A DNA stretch of 64,000 nucleotides. Source: Piscinibacter sp. (GTDB lineage: Bacteria; Pseudomonadota; Gammaproteobacteria; Burkholderiales; Burkholderiaceae_C). Position numbers and translations under genes: made by a program. The number at the start of each line of letters is the position of its first letter. Position 1 is the first letter of the stretch. Below the pieces are notes generated by a model, which made no database searches, had not been told where the DNA came from, and saw only the letters and a list, made by a program, of their open reading frames with translations. The DNA is taken from positions 1,631,121 through 1,695,120 of the forward strand of contig JASGHM010000002.1 in the NCBI GenBank assembly GCA_047602365.1, read 5' to 3'. This document shows positions 34,865 to 43,919 of the stretch, piece by piece.

Positions 34865-35812
34865 TCAGCGGCTGCGCTCGAGCGAGGCCAGCAGTTCACG
34901 TGCTCGCCCGGCCCAGCCGGCATCTGCAACCTTGACCGCCTCGCGCGCGGCTGCCAGCGCCGCGTCGTGCTGGCCGAGTTCGTCGCGCACGCTGGCGAGA
35001 TTCATCCACGCCGCTGCGCTGGCCGGGTTCAGGCGCGTGGCGTCTTCGAAGGCGCTGGCCGCCGCGGCCCTTTCGCCGCTGGCGTAGAGGCTGTTGCCCA
35101 GGCCCATGCGCAGGCTCAGGCTGCCGCCCCAGCGCTGCAGCGCGCTGCGGTAGGCCTGCAGCGCCTGTGCCGGCGGCGCGGCGCGCTCGAAGCCGACGGC
35201 CGCCTCGACCACGGCGGCTTCCTCGGCCGTCGCCGGCCAGCGGCCCGGCGGCAGTGCGACGAAGGCCCAGCTGCCGGCGCGCACCCAGGTGTGTTCGAAG
35301 GTCGACAGCGGCATCACCGCCCGCTCGGTGGTGCCCGAACGCAGCAGCATGTCGCCGCTGCGCAGGTCGTAGCCGACCACCACCGCGTAGTGCCACAGCG
35401 GATACCAGCTGAGGCCGAGGTTGAGCAGCACCACCACCGGCTGCCCGGCCTGCAGTTCGCGCAGCAGCGCCTCCAGCGTGCCGGGCAGGCGCGTCGCGAC
35501 GGCACCGTGGCGGCGCGCGCCGGCGATCATCTCGATCTGCAGCGTGCCGGTGCGTGCCGGCAGGAAGACCTGTTCGCCGAGCAGCGCCGGCGACGCATCA
35601 CGCCCGGCCGCGGCCAGCACGGTGGCCAGCGCCGCGGGGCCGCAGTGGTAGTCGGTCTGCGCGAAGAAGGGGGTGGCCGAGAGCTCGACCCGCTCGGCCA
35701 GGCCGGGTGGCGGCGCGCGGCGCAGTGTCTCCGTCTGCGCCGCACAGCCGCCGAGCAGGGCCAGCAGCAGCGCGAAGGCGGCGAGCCACCCCCCGCGCGC
35801 CTGCGCCCGCAT
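34865..35812 (-). CDS. PA2778-like C39-type cysteine peptidase lipoprotein with TPR tail
   Basis: Lipobox LGGC; Q...CGPAALA (catalytic Cys), WHYAVVVGYD (His/Asp) and C-terminal TPR-like helices. Confidence 0.82.
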   Translation of the reverse strand: MRAQARGGWLAAFALLLALLGGCAAQTETLRRAPPPGLAERVELSATPFFAQTDYHCGPAALATVLAAAGRDASPALLGEQVFLPARTGTLQIEMIAGARRHGAVATRLPGTLEALLRELQAGQPVVVLLNLGLSWYPLWHYAVVVGYDLRSGDMLLRSGTTERAVMPLSTFEHTWVRAGSWAFVALPPGRWPATAEEAAVVEAAVGFERAAPPAQALQAYRSALQRWGGSLSLRMGLGNSLYASGERAAAASAFEDATRLNPASAAAWMNLASVRDELGQHDAALAAAREAVKVADAGWAGRARELLASLERSR

Positions 35813-35820
35813 GGCGTCGA

Positions 35821-36222
35821 TCAGCGGATCGAGCGGGTGAACGGGAAGATCTTCGTGAAGCCGAGGATGTCGGTGATCAGCAGCAGCAGGAAGATGAAGA
35901 CGATGGTGCCGAGGATGTCGCTGGCGCCGGCCGGTGCGGTGTCCAGCGTGTGCGACAGATGAGCGACTTCGGCGTCGGTCAGCGCCGCGATGCGGGCCTG
36001 GGCCTGCGCCATGTCGATGCCGCGCTCCTGCAGCGCCGCGGCCACGTCGGTGCGGTTGAGCAGTTCGTTGACGTGCGCGCGCTGCTCGGCAGCGCTGGTG
36101 ACGCCTTCGCTGGCGGCCACCTGTTCGGTGCTGACCAGCGTCGCCTGCGCGCTGTGCATGAAGCCGGCGAAGCTCAGGCACACGGCGATCAGGCGGGTCA
36201 TCCAACGGGTCGTGGTCTTCAT
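35821..36222 (-). CDS. PA2779-like small secreted protein with hydrophobic C-terminal segment
   Basis: Signal peptide ending AQA; [10 protein letters not shown]; APAGA then [22 protein letters not shown]; AAAGGA RBS. Confidence 0.8.
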   Translation of the reverse strand: MKTTTRWMTRLIAVCLSFAGFMHSAQATLVSTEQVAASEGVTSAAEQRAHVNELLNRTDVAAALQERGIDMAQAQARIAALTDAEVAHLSHTLDTAPAGASDILGTIVFIFLLLLITDILGFTKIFPFTRSIR

Positions 36223-36381
36223 GGTTTGTCCTTTGTCGAGCTGTGGCTTGCTGTTTATGGTGTGGCACATGGGCAAGCCTCCCATGCGGCCGTCACCATC
36301 GTAACAAGCGGACGGGCCGGCAAGTCACCGAATGCAACGGCGGCGGCAGGGTCGTTGCCGCGCTGCTGGTAGGCTCGCGGC

Positions 36382-37629
36382 ATGTCTTCCCCGGTTCCCG
36401 CGCGACATGGCATGAGCCCTGCCACGGTCGTGCTGCTGCTGACGCTGCTGCTGGGCATCCAGCCGATCACCACCGACCTGTACCTGCCGGCGCTGCCGAC
36501 GCTGCAGCAGGACCTGCGCGCCAGCATGGCGGCGACGCAGCTGACGCTGTCGGCGCTGATCATCTGCTTCGGCCTCGCGCAGCTGATCGCCGGGCCGCTG
36601 GCCGACCGCTTCGGCCGCCGGCCGGTGCTGCTCGGCGGCCTGGCGCTGTACACGCTGGCCAGCCTGGGCAGCGCGCTGGCGCCGGCGATCGAGTGGCTGG
36701 TCGGCTGGCGCGCCGTGCAGGGCGTGGGCATGGCCGCGGCGGTGACCTGCGGCCGCTCGATCGTGCGCGACCTCTACCCGCCGCAGGACGGCGCACGGGT
36801 GATGTCCAAGGCGCTCAGCGGCCTGGGCGTGATCGCGATGGCCAGCCCGGCGCTCGGCGGCGTGATGGTGCAGTGGTTCGACTGGCATGCGGCGCTGGGC
36901 GTCGTGACGCTGTTCGGCGTCGCCGCGCTGGCCATCGTGGCCTGGCGCTACGAGGAGACCGTGCCGCAGCGCAATCCGCGCGCCACCCAGCTCGGCCCGC
37001 TGGCCGTCAACTGGGTGGCGGTGCTGCGCCATCCCGGTTTCCGCGCCTGGACGCTGCTGTCCGGCTTCGCCTACGGCGCGCTGTTCTTCCTGCTCGCCGG
37101 CAGTTCCTTCGTCTACATCGGCGTGCTCGGCGTCAGCAAGATCGGCACCGGGCTGATCATGCTGAGCAACTCCTTCGCCTACATCGTCGGCACCTTCTGG
37201 TGCCGGCGGCTGCTGGCGCAGCATGGCCTGCGCGGCGCGGTGCGCCGCGGCGCGCTGTTCACGCTGGCCGCCGGCCTGAGCATGGCGGCGCTGGCATTGG
37301 CTGGTGTGCATGCGCCCTGGGCGGTGATGCTGCCCTCGTGGCTGTTCTGCATCGGCCACGGTGTGCACCAGCCCTGCGGGCAGACGGGCGCGATCGGGCC
37401 GTTCCCCGAGAAGGCCGGTACCGCGGCCTCGCTGTCGGGCTTCTGGATGATGCTGGTGGCCTTCGTGGTCGGCCTGTTCCTCGGCCAGACCGGCGGCGAC
37501 ACGGTCTACCCGATGACGCTGGGCTTCGCGACGCTGGCACTGGCGCTGTGCGCGGTCGCATGGACGCTGGTGCAGCGCCACGGCGAGCCGGCCATCCCGC
37601 AGCTGGCCGCACGGGCGACCCCGGCGTGA
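36382..37629 (+). CDS. Bcr/CflA-family MFS efflux transporter
   Basis: [21 protein letters not shown] and SIVRDLY. Confidence 0.9.
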   Translation: MSSPVPARHGMSPATVVLLLTLLLGIQPITTDLYLPALPTLQQDLRASMAATQLTLSALIICFGLAQLIAGPLADRFGRRPVLLGGLALYTLASLGSALAPAIEWLVGWRAVQGVGMAAAVTCGRSIVRDLYPPQDGARVMSKALSGLGVIAMASPALGGVMVQWFDWHAALGVVTLFGVAALAIVAWRYEETVPQRNPRATQLGPLAVNWVAVLRHPGFRAWTLLSGFAYGALFFLLAGSSFVYIGVLGVSKIGTGLIMLSNSFAYIVGTFWCRRLLAQHGLRGAVRRGALFTLAAGLSMAALALAGVHAPWAVMLPSWLFCIGHGVHQPCGQTGAIGPFPEKAGTAASLSGFWMMLVAFVVGLFLGQTGGDTVYPMTLGFATLALALCAVAWTLVQRHGEPAIPQLAARATPA

Positions 37630-38558
37630 GCCTGCGCTGCCTTGCACTGGCCGGGCCGACCGCGGCGGGCAAGACCGCTGCCGCGATGGCGATCGCCGAC
37701 GCCCTGCCGGTGGAGATCGTCAGCGTCGACTCGGCGCTGGTCTACCGCGGCATGGACATCGGCACGGCCAAGCCCAGCGCCGCCGAACGCGCCGCGGTGC
37801 CGCACCACCTGATCGACCTGATCGAACCGACACAGTCCTATTCGGCGGCGCAGTTCGTCGCCGACGCACGCGAGTGCATCACGCAGATCGTCGCGCGCGG
37901 CCGTTTGCCGCTGCTGGTCGGCGGCACCATGCTGTACTTCAAGGCGCTGTTCGAAGGCCTGGACGAGATGCCGCCAGCCGACGCCGCGGTGCGCGCCGCG
38001 CTCGACGCCGAAGCGGCCGAGCGCGGCTGGGCAGCGATGCACGCCGAGCTCGCACGCATCGACCCACCCAGCGCCGCGCGGCTACCACCGGGCGACACGC
38101 AGCGCATCCAGCGTGCGCTGGAGGTGTTCCGCATCAGCGGGCGGCCGATCTCGTCGTTCCACCGCGAGCCGCGCGAGGCGACGACGGCGCCGCTGCTCTC
38201 GCTCGAACCCGACAGCCGCGCCTGGCTGCACGAGCGCATCGCACAACGCTTCACGCAGATGCTGGCGGCCGGCTTCGTCGACGAGGTGCGCGTCTTGCGT
38301 GCACACGGCGACCTGCACGCCGGCCTGCCGTCGATGCGCTGTGTCGGCTACCGGCAGGCCTGGGAGGCGCTGGAAGCGGACGAGCTCGCCATGCTGCCCG
38401 AACGCGGCATCGCGGCGACGCGGCAGCTCGCCAAACGGCAGATCACCTGGCTGCGCAGCATGGCCTGGCGCGAGACGGTGGCCTGCGATGCACCGGATGC
38501 GATCGGGCAGGTCGTGGCACGCGCCCGGCGCCGCGCCGAGACGCTGATGGAGCGCTGA
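37626..38558 (+). CDS. miaA: tRNA dimethylallyltransferase
   Basis: [33 protein letters not shown] and [11 protein letters not shown]. Confidence 0.96.
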   Translation: MSLRCLALAGPTAAGKTAAAMAIADALPVEIVSVDSALVYRGMDIGTAKPSAAERAAVPHHLIDLIEPTQSYSAAQFVADARECITQIVARGRLPLLVGGTMLYFKALFEGLDEMPPADAAVRAALDAEAAERGWAAMHAELARIDPPSAARLPPGDTQRIQRALEVFRISGRPISSFHREPREATTAPLLSLEPDSRAWLHERIAQRFTQMLAAGFVDEVRVLRAHGDLHAGLPSMRCVGYRQAWEALEADELAMLPERGIAATRQLAKRQITWLRSMAWRETVACDAPDAIGQVVARARRRAETLMER

Positions 38559-38561
38559 ACG

Positions 38562-39209
38562 ATGCTGCGCCTCGAAGGTCTCGCCAAGCGCTACGGCGGC
38601 ACGCCGGTGTTCGAGGGCGTCGCCCTCTCGCTCGCGCCGGGCGAGTTCGTCGCGGTGGTCGGCGAGTCGGGCGTCGGCAAGTCGACGCTGCTGAACTGCA
38701 TCGCCGGGCTGGATACGCTGGATGCTGGCCAGGTGTGGCTCGGCGAGCAGCAGGTCAGCGCGATGACCGAACCCGAGCAGGCGATGCTGCGGCGGCGCGA
38801 GCTGGGCTTCGTGTTCCAGGCCTTCCACGTGCTGCCGCACCTGACGGTGGCGCAGAACGTCGCGCTGCCGCTGCTGCTGCTGCACCGTGACGACGACGCG
38901 GCCGTGACGCGCGCGCTGGCCGAAGTCGGCCTGGACGGCTTCGGCGAGCGGCTGCCGCAGACGCTCTCCGGCGGGCAGCTGCAGCGCGTGGCGATCGCCC
39001 GCGCGCTGGTGCATGGCCCGCGCCTGCTGCTGGCCGACGAACCGACCGGCAACCTCGACGCCGGCACCGCCGAGCGGGTGATGGACATGCTGCTGCGCCA
39101 GGCCCACGCGCACGGCTGCGCGTGCCTGCTGGTTACGCACTCGCACGCCGCCGCGGCGCGGGCCGATCGTGTGATGGAGTTGCGCCCGGACGGCCTGTTC
39201 GCGGCCTGA
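38562..39209 (+). CDS. ABC transporter ATP-binding protein (LolD/MacB-like, AttE-like)
   Basis: GESGVGKS, LSGGQLQRVAIARAL, ADEPTGNLD and VTHS. Confidence 0.92.
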   Translation: MLRLEGLAKRYGGTPVFEGVALSLAPGEFVAVVGESGVGKSTLLNCIAGLDTLDAGQVWLGEQQVSAMTEPEQAMLRRRELGFVFQAFHVLPHLTVAQNVALPLLLLHRDDDAAVTRALAEVGLDGFGERLPQTLSGGQLQRVAIARALVHGPRLLLADEPTGNLDAGTAERVMDMLLRQAHAHGCACLLVTHSHAAAARADRVMELRPDGLFAA

Positions 39210-39222
39210 GCGGCCGGTCACC

Positions 39223-39264
39223 TTGAGACGGATCAAGTGCGCGGCAGGCGCAGCCCACCACACT
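39223..39264 (+). promoter_or_regulatory. FNR/CRP-family box with class II promoter geometry
   Basis: TTGAG-ACGG-ATCAA (9/10 match to TTGAT-N4-ATCAA) at 39223-39236; a CACACT -10 at 39259-39264 puts the box centre near -41.5. Confidence 0.65.
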
Positions 39265-39293
39265 TCGCGCCTTCCACGCCAGCCGGACGCGCC

Positions 39294-40064
39294 ATGCCGA
39301 TCGAGCTCTACAACCAGAAGGGCCACCAGTGCCTGATGTTCACCGACCTCTGCGAAGAGGGCGGCGAGGTGGTGCAGTCCAACCAGTTCCTGATCGTCGA
39401 CGGCGACACCGGCGCGATCATCGACCCGGGCGGCAACCTGGCCTACGGCGAGCTGTACCTGGCGATGACACGCTTCTTCCCGCCGCAACAGCTCTCGGCC
39501 ATCCTCGCCTCGCACGCCGACCCGGACATCATCGCCTCGCTGGACCGCTGGATGACGACAACCAGCAGCGCCAAGGTCTACATCTCGCGCATCTGGGAAC
39601 GTTTCGTGCCGCATTTCTGCAAGCCGGGCAAGACCACCGGCCGCATCGTCGGCATCCCCGACGCCGGCGCGCGCATTGCGCTGGGCCGCAACGAGCTGGT
39701 CGCCCTGCCCGCGCACTTCATGCACTCCGAGGGCAACTTCCAGTTCTACGACCCGGCCAGCCGCATCCTGTTCTCCGGCGATCTCGGCGCCTCGATCATC
39801 GGCGGCGAGGCGGCCAAGACCTGGGTCACCACGCTGGCCGGCCACGTGCCGCGCATGGAGGCTTTCCATCGCCGCTACATGGTGTCGAACAAGGTGCTGC
39901 GCCTGTGGGCGCAGATGGTCCGCAAGCTGCCGATCGACATGATCGTGCCGCAGCACGGCGCGCCGATGCGCGGCGCCGCGGTGCAGGAGTTCATCGCCTG
40001 GATCGAGTCGCTGCCCTGCGGCGTCGACCTGCTGAGCGAACGCGACTACGCGGTGCCCGCGTAG
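39294..40064 (+). CDS. MBL-fold oxygen-binding di-iron protein (ODP-like)
   Basis: VQSNQFLI, IIDPGG, SHADPD, AHFMHSEGNF, LFSGDLG and PQHG; no flavodoxin domain. Confidence 0.78.
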   Translation: MPIELYNQKGHQCLMFTDLCEEGGEVVQSNQFLIVDGDTGAIIDPGGNLAYGELYLAMTRFFPPQQLSAILASHADPDIIASLDRWMTTTSSAKVYISRIWERFVPHFCKPGKTTGRIVGIPDAGARIALGRNELVALPAHFMHSEGNFQFYDPASRILFSGDLGASIIGGEAAKTWVTTLAGHVPRMEAFHRRYMVSNKVLRLWAQMVRKLPIDMIVPQHGAPMRGAAVQEFIAWIESLPCGVDLLSERDYAVPA

Positions 40065-40079
40065 CCGCGGTTCATCGCC

Positions 40080-40886
40080 TCAGGGCTGCTTGAAGCCCTG
40101 CACCGTCTCCCAGGCCACCGCCTGCAGGTGCGCCGCCACGTCGGCCGGCAGCCCGGCTGTGTAGCGGTTGCCGACCGGCGACTGGCCGTAGACCGAGGCC
40201 ATCACCGTGCAGGCGGCCAGGTAGGTGCCCGCCAGGCTGGGGTGGCGTTTGTCGGCGACGTAGAGATTCAGCTCGGGCCGCCTGGCGATCGACGCGGCGA
40301 AGGCCAGGCCGGCCGGCACGACCTTGGCACGGTTGTCGCCCGCGGCCTTCACGTAGGCGGCGGCGAGCTGCGCCGTCATCTCCGGCTTGTCGGCATAGGC
40401 CCAGGACATGAAGAACACCGGCTCGGCGCCGTGCTTGCGCACGATTGCGCTGTTCTTCGCCGCGTATTCGGTGAAGAACTTCGACAGCTGAGGATGGATG
40501 GGGCACTGGCTGCAGTCCATCATGATCGCCACGTCGAAGGGCTTGTCGAAGCTGTTGAAGACGACGTTGTTGTCGGCATCGAAGGAGTACGAGGCCACGC
40601 CGCCGGGCTTGAAGTGGGCCTCCATGTCGTGCCAGTTGATGCCCGAGCCGCTGATCGTCACCGAGGTCGCGCGGTAGCCCTTGACGCCCGGGTTGGCCGC
40701 CGCGAGCAGCTGGCCGACATGGCCGTGCATGCTGTTGTTGTAGTAGAAGAAGCTGTTGCCCACCCACAGCGCCGTCTTCGGCGGAGCCGCCGGCGCGGCC
40801 GGGGCAGCGGGCGGCGCCGACGTGCAGGCGCCCAGCAAAAGCGTGGCAGCCATCACGATCAGCGCGCGCCAGTGCAATCGATTCAT
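40080..40886 (-). CDS. SGNH/GDSL-like hydrolase lipoprotein
   Basis: Lipobox LGAC; block I VGNSF and block V DKRHP; GGAG RBS. Confidence 0.75.
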   Translation of the reverse strand: MNRLHWRALIVMAATLLLGACTSAPPAAPAAPAAPPKTALWVGNSFFYYNNSMHGHVGQLLAAANPGVKGYRATSVTISGSGINWHDMEAHFKPGGVASYSFDADNNVVFNSFDKPFDVAIMMDCSQCPIHPQLSKFFTEYAAKNSAIVRKHGAEPVFFMSWAYADKPEMTAQLAAAYVKAAGDNRAKVVPAGLAFAASIARRPELNLYVADKRHPSLAGTYLAACTVMASVYGQSPVGNRYTAGLPADVAAHLQAVAWETVQGFKQP

Positions 40887-40939
40887 GAGCATGTCTCCCT
40901 TTGAGTGTTGTCGCGCCGCAGGTTCTTGCAGCCCGGTGC

Positions 40940-40966
40940 TCAAGATGATGCGCGATGTGCCGAAAG
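40940..40966 (+). promoter_or_regulatory. candidate sigma-28 (FliA) promoter
   Basis: TCAA-N15-GCCGAAAG versus consensus TAAA-N15-GCCGATAA, 29 bp before the receiver ATG. Confidence 0.6.
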
Positions 40967-40995
40967 GACACGAAGTCCGTGTCCCGAATTACCCC

Positions 40996-41385
40996 ATGAA
41001 GAGAATCGTCGTCGTCGAGGACCAGGCCGATATCCGCCGCCTGATCCGCTGGTCACTCGAGGAAGGCGGCTACCAGATCTTCGAAGCGGCCAACGGTCGG
41101 CTGGGCCTCGACGCGGTGCGCGCGCTGCGCCCCGACCTGCTGCTGCTCGACGTGATGATGCCCGGCGACCTGGACGGCTTCCAGGTCTGCAGCACGCTGC
41201 GTGCCGACCCGGCCTTCGCACAGCTGCCCATCGTGCTCTTGACGGCCCGTGCACAGCAGAGCGACCGCAACGCCGGCCAGCAGGCCGGTGCCAGCGACTA
41301 CCTCGTCAAGCCCTTCAGCCCGATGGTGCTGGCCGACACCGTCGAACGCCTGCTGAAGGCTCGCGCGCCACAATCGGTGCAGTGA
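40996..41385 (+). CDS. single-domain response regulator (receiver only)
   Basis: VVVED, LLDVMMP (phospho-Asp), LLTAR and KPFS; 129 aa with no output domain. Confidence 0.9.
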   Translation: MKRIVVVEDQADIRRLIRWSLEEGGYQIFEAANGRLGLDAVRALRPDLLLLDVMMPGDLDGFQVCSTLRADPAFAQLPIVLLTARAQQSDRNAGQQAGASDYLVKPFSPMVLADTVERLLKARAPQSVQ

Positions 41386-43919
41386 GCCTCGCCCCGAACG
41401 GCCCCTCCCTCCCTTCTTCGCTGCCGGCGCTGCTGCGCCAGGTGAGCTGGCGCCAGTGGCTGCACCAGCCGCTGCGCCATGCCGTGGCCGTGATGGCCGT
41501 GGCGCTGGGCGTGGCGCTGGCCTTCTCGGTGCACCTGATCAACGAGTCGGCACTCGGCGAGTTCAGTGCCGCGGTGCGCCAGGTCAACGGCCAGCCCGAC
41601 TTCGAACTGCGTGCGCAGCGCGACGGCTTCGACGAGGCCCTGTTCGCGCGTGTCGCCACGCACCCCGGCGTGGCACTGGCCAGCGCGGTGATCGAGCTCG
41701 ACACGCAGGCGGTCGCGGCCGACGGCAGCAGCGTGCCGCTGCGTGTGGTCGGCCTCGACGCGCTCAGCGCCGCGCCGCTGACGCCGGCGCTGAGGCCGCG
41801 CCCGGCCGAGGGCGCGGACCGGCTGGCCATCGTCGATCCGGACGCGGTCTTCCTCAACGCCGCGGCGATGCAGCGGCTCGGCGACCCGGCCACGCTGCGG
41901 CTGCGGGCCGGCAGCGGCGGCATGAGCTTCAGCGTGCGCGGCCGCGTGCTCGCCGACGGGCCGCCGCTGGCGGTGCTGGACCTCGCCGGCGCGCAGGCCG
42001 CGTTCGGCTGGCTGGGCCGCCTCAGCCGCATCGACCTGCGCCTGGTGCCCGGCACCGACCGCGACAGGCTGCTGCGCGAGCTCGCGCTGCCCGCCGGCGT
42101 GCGCGCCGCCGCGCCGGACGAGGCCGCGCAGCGCGTCTCCAACGTCTCGCGCGCCTACCGCGTCAACCTCACCGTGCTGGCCCTGGTGGCGCTGTTCACC
42201 GGCGCCTTCCTGGTGTTCTCGATCCTGTCGCTGTCGGTGGCGCGTCGCCTGCCGCAGCTGGCGCTGCTCGGCGTGCTCGGGCTGTCGGCCCGCGAGCGCC
42301 TGGCTTGGATGCTGGCCGAATCGGCCCTGCTCGGGCTGCTCGGCAGCACGCTGGGCCTTGCGCTCGGGACCGGACTGGCCGCGCTGGCGCTGCGCCTGCT
42401 CGCCGGCGATCTCGGCGGCGCCTACTTTCCCGGCGTGACACCGACGCTGCAGTTCAGCGCCGGTGCGGCCGCGGTGTATGGCGCGCTCGGCGTGATCGTC
42501 GCGGTGGCCGGCGGCTGGCTGCCGGCGCGCACCGCGCAGCGCATCGCCCCCGCGCAGGCGCTCAAGGGCCTGGGCGACGCGCACCGCCAGCGCGGCCCGC
42601 GGTGGGTCGGGCCGGCGCTGCTGGCGCTGGGGCTGCTGCTGACGCAGCTGCCGCCGGTCGCCGAAGTGCCGCTGGCCGCCTACGTCTCGGTGGCCTGCCT
42701 GCTGCTCGGTGGCATCGCCTGCGTGCCGGCAATGGTGGACGCGCTGCTGCGCGGTATCCGCCCGCCCCGCCATGCACTGCTGCTGCTGGCCGTGCAGCGT
42801 GCCCGCCACGAGCGTGGCAGCGCAACGATCGCGGTGGCCGGCGTGGTCGCCAGCCTGGCGCTGGCCGTCGCGCTGACGGTGATGGTGACCAGCTTCCGCG
42901 AGGCAGTGACGCAATGGCTCGACAGCGTGCTGCCGGCCGACCTCTACGCACGCGCGGCGCCGGGCGGCGGGGCCGATGCAGTGTTCGTCACCGATGCGCT
43001 GGTCGAGCAGGTGCGTGCGCTGCCCGGTGTGGCGCGCGTCGAGGGCCAGCGTGCGGCGAGCGTGCAGCTCGATCCGCAGCGCCCGGCGGTGGCGCTGCTC
43101 GCGCGGCCGCTGACCGACCCCGCGCAGCGCCTGCCGCTGCTCGGCCAGTTGCTGAACGCACCCGCCGGCCTGCTGCCGGTCTACGCCAGCGAGCCGCTGG
43201 CCAACGTCTATGGGCTGCATGCCGGGGCGCGCTTCGAGCTGCCTCTGCCCGACGGCCGTCGCGAGCCGGCGTTCGTGCGCGGCGTCTGGCGCGACTACGC
43301 GAGGCAGCACGGCGCGATCGCGATCGACGCGGCCGACTACCGCCGCCTGAGCGGTGACCTGCGCCTCAACGACCTGGCGCTGTGGCTGGCACCGGGAGCC
43401 GATGCCGCCGCGCTGCCCGATCGCATCCGCCAGCTCGCCGGGCCCGACGCCGCGCTGGAGTTCGCCTCGGCCGGCGAGATCCGCGCGCTGTCGCTGCGCA
43501 TCTTCGATCGCAGCTTCGCAGTGACCTACTGGCTGCAGGCGGTGGCCATCGTCATCGGCCTGGTCGGCATCGCGGCGAGCTTCTCGGCGCAGGTGCTGGC
43601 GCGGCGCCGCGAGTTCGGCCTGCTCGCCCACCTGGGGCTGACCCGTGCGCAGGTGCTGGCGGTGGTCGCCGGCGAAGGCGCGCTGTGGAGCATGGCCGGC
43701 GTGCTGCTCGGGCTGCTGCTGGGCATCGCGGTCAGCGCGGTGCTGGTGCACGTGGTCAACCCGCAGAGCTTCCACTGGACCATGCAGCTGCTGCTGCCCT
43801 GGGGCCGCCTGGCCGCGCTGTGCCTGGCGATGGCGGCCGCCGGCACGCTGACGGCCTGGTGGGCCGGCCGCGCCGCCGGTGCCAGGCAGGCCGCGCTGGC
43901 GGTCAAGGAGGACTGGTGA
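41382..43919 (+). CDS. ABC permease with duplicated MacB/FtsX domains (AttF/G-like)
   Basis: AVALGVALAFSVHLINESA; two periplasmic loops each followed by TM bundles; HVVNPQSFHWTM; GTG start overlaps receiver stop. Confidence 0.85.
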   Translation: MSLAPNGPSLPSSLPALLRQVSWRQWLHQPLRHAVAVMAVALGVALAFSVHLINESALGEFSAAVRQVNGQPDFELRAQRDGFDEALFARVATHPGVALASAVIELDTQAVAADGSSVPLRVVGLDALSAAPLTPALRPRPAEGADRLAIVDPDAVFLNAAAMQRLGDPATLRLRAGSGGMSFSVRGRVLADGPPLAVLDLAGAQAAFGWLGRLSRIDLRLVPGTDRDRLLRELALPAGVRAAAPDEAAQRVSNVSRAYRVNLTVLALVALFTGAFLVFSILSLSVARRLPQLALLGVLGLSARERLAWMLAESALLGLLGSTLGLALGTGLAALALRLLAGDLGGAYFPGVTPTLQFSAGAAAVYGALGVIVAVAGGWLPARTAQRIAPAQALKGLGDAHRQRGPRWVGPALLALGLLLTQLPPVAEVPLAAYVSVACLLLGGIACVPAMVDALLRGIRPPRHALLLLAVQRARHERGSATIAVAGVVASLALAVALTVMVTSFREAVTQWLDSVLPADLYARAAPGGGADAVFVTDALVEQVRALPGVARVEGQRAASVQLDPQRPAVALLARPLTDPAQRLPLLGQLLNAPAGLLPVYASEPLANVYGLHAGARFELPLPDGRREPAFVRGVWRDYARQHGAIAIDAADYRRLSGDLRLNDLALWLAPGADAAALPDRIRQLAGPDAALEFASAGEIRALSLRIFDRSFAVTYWLQAVAIVIGLVGIAASFSAQVLARRREFGLLAHLGLTRAQVLAVVAGEGALWSMAGVLLGLLLGIAVSAVLVHVVNPQSFHWTMQLLLPWGRLAALCLAMAAAGTLTAWWAGRAAGARQAALAVKEDW

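Noticed and set aside
33818-36222. JmjC enzyme as a tailoring enzyme for the PA2779-like peptide
   Set aside because: The genes are convergent, and the JmjC protein lacks a signal peptide whereas precursor and peptidase are exported; adjacency alone is insufficient.
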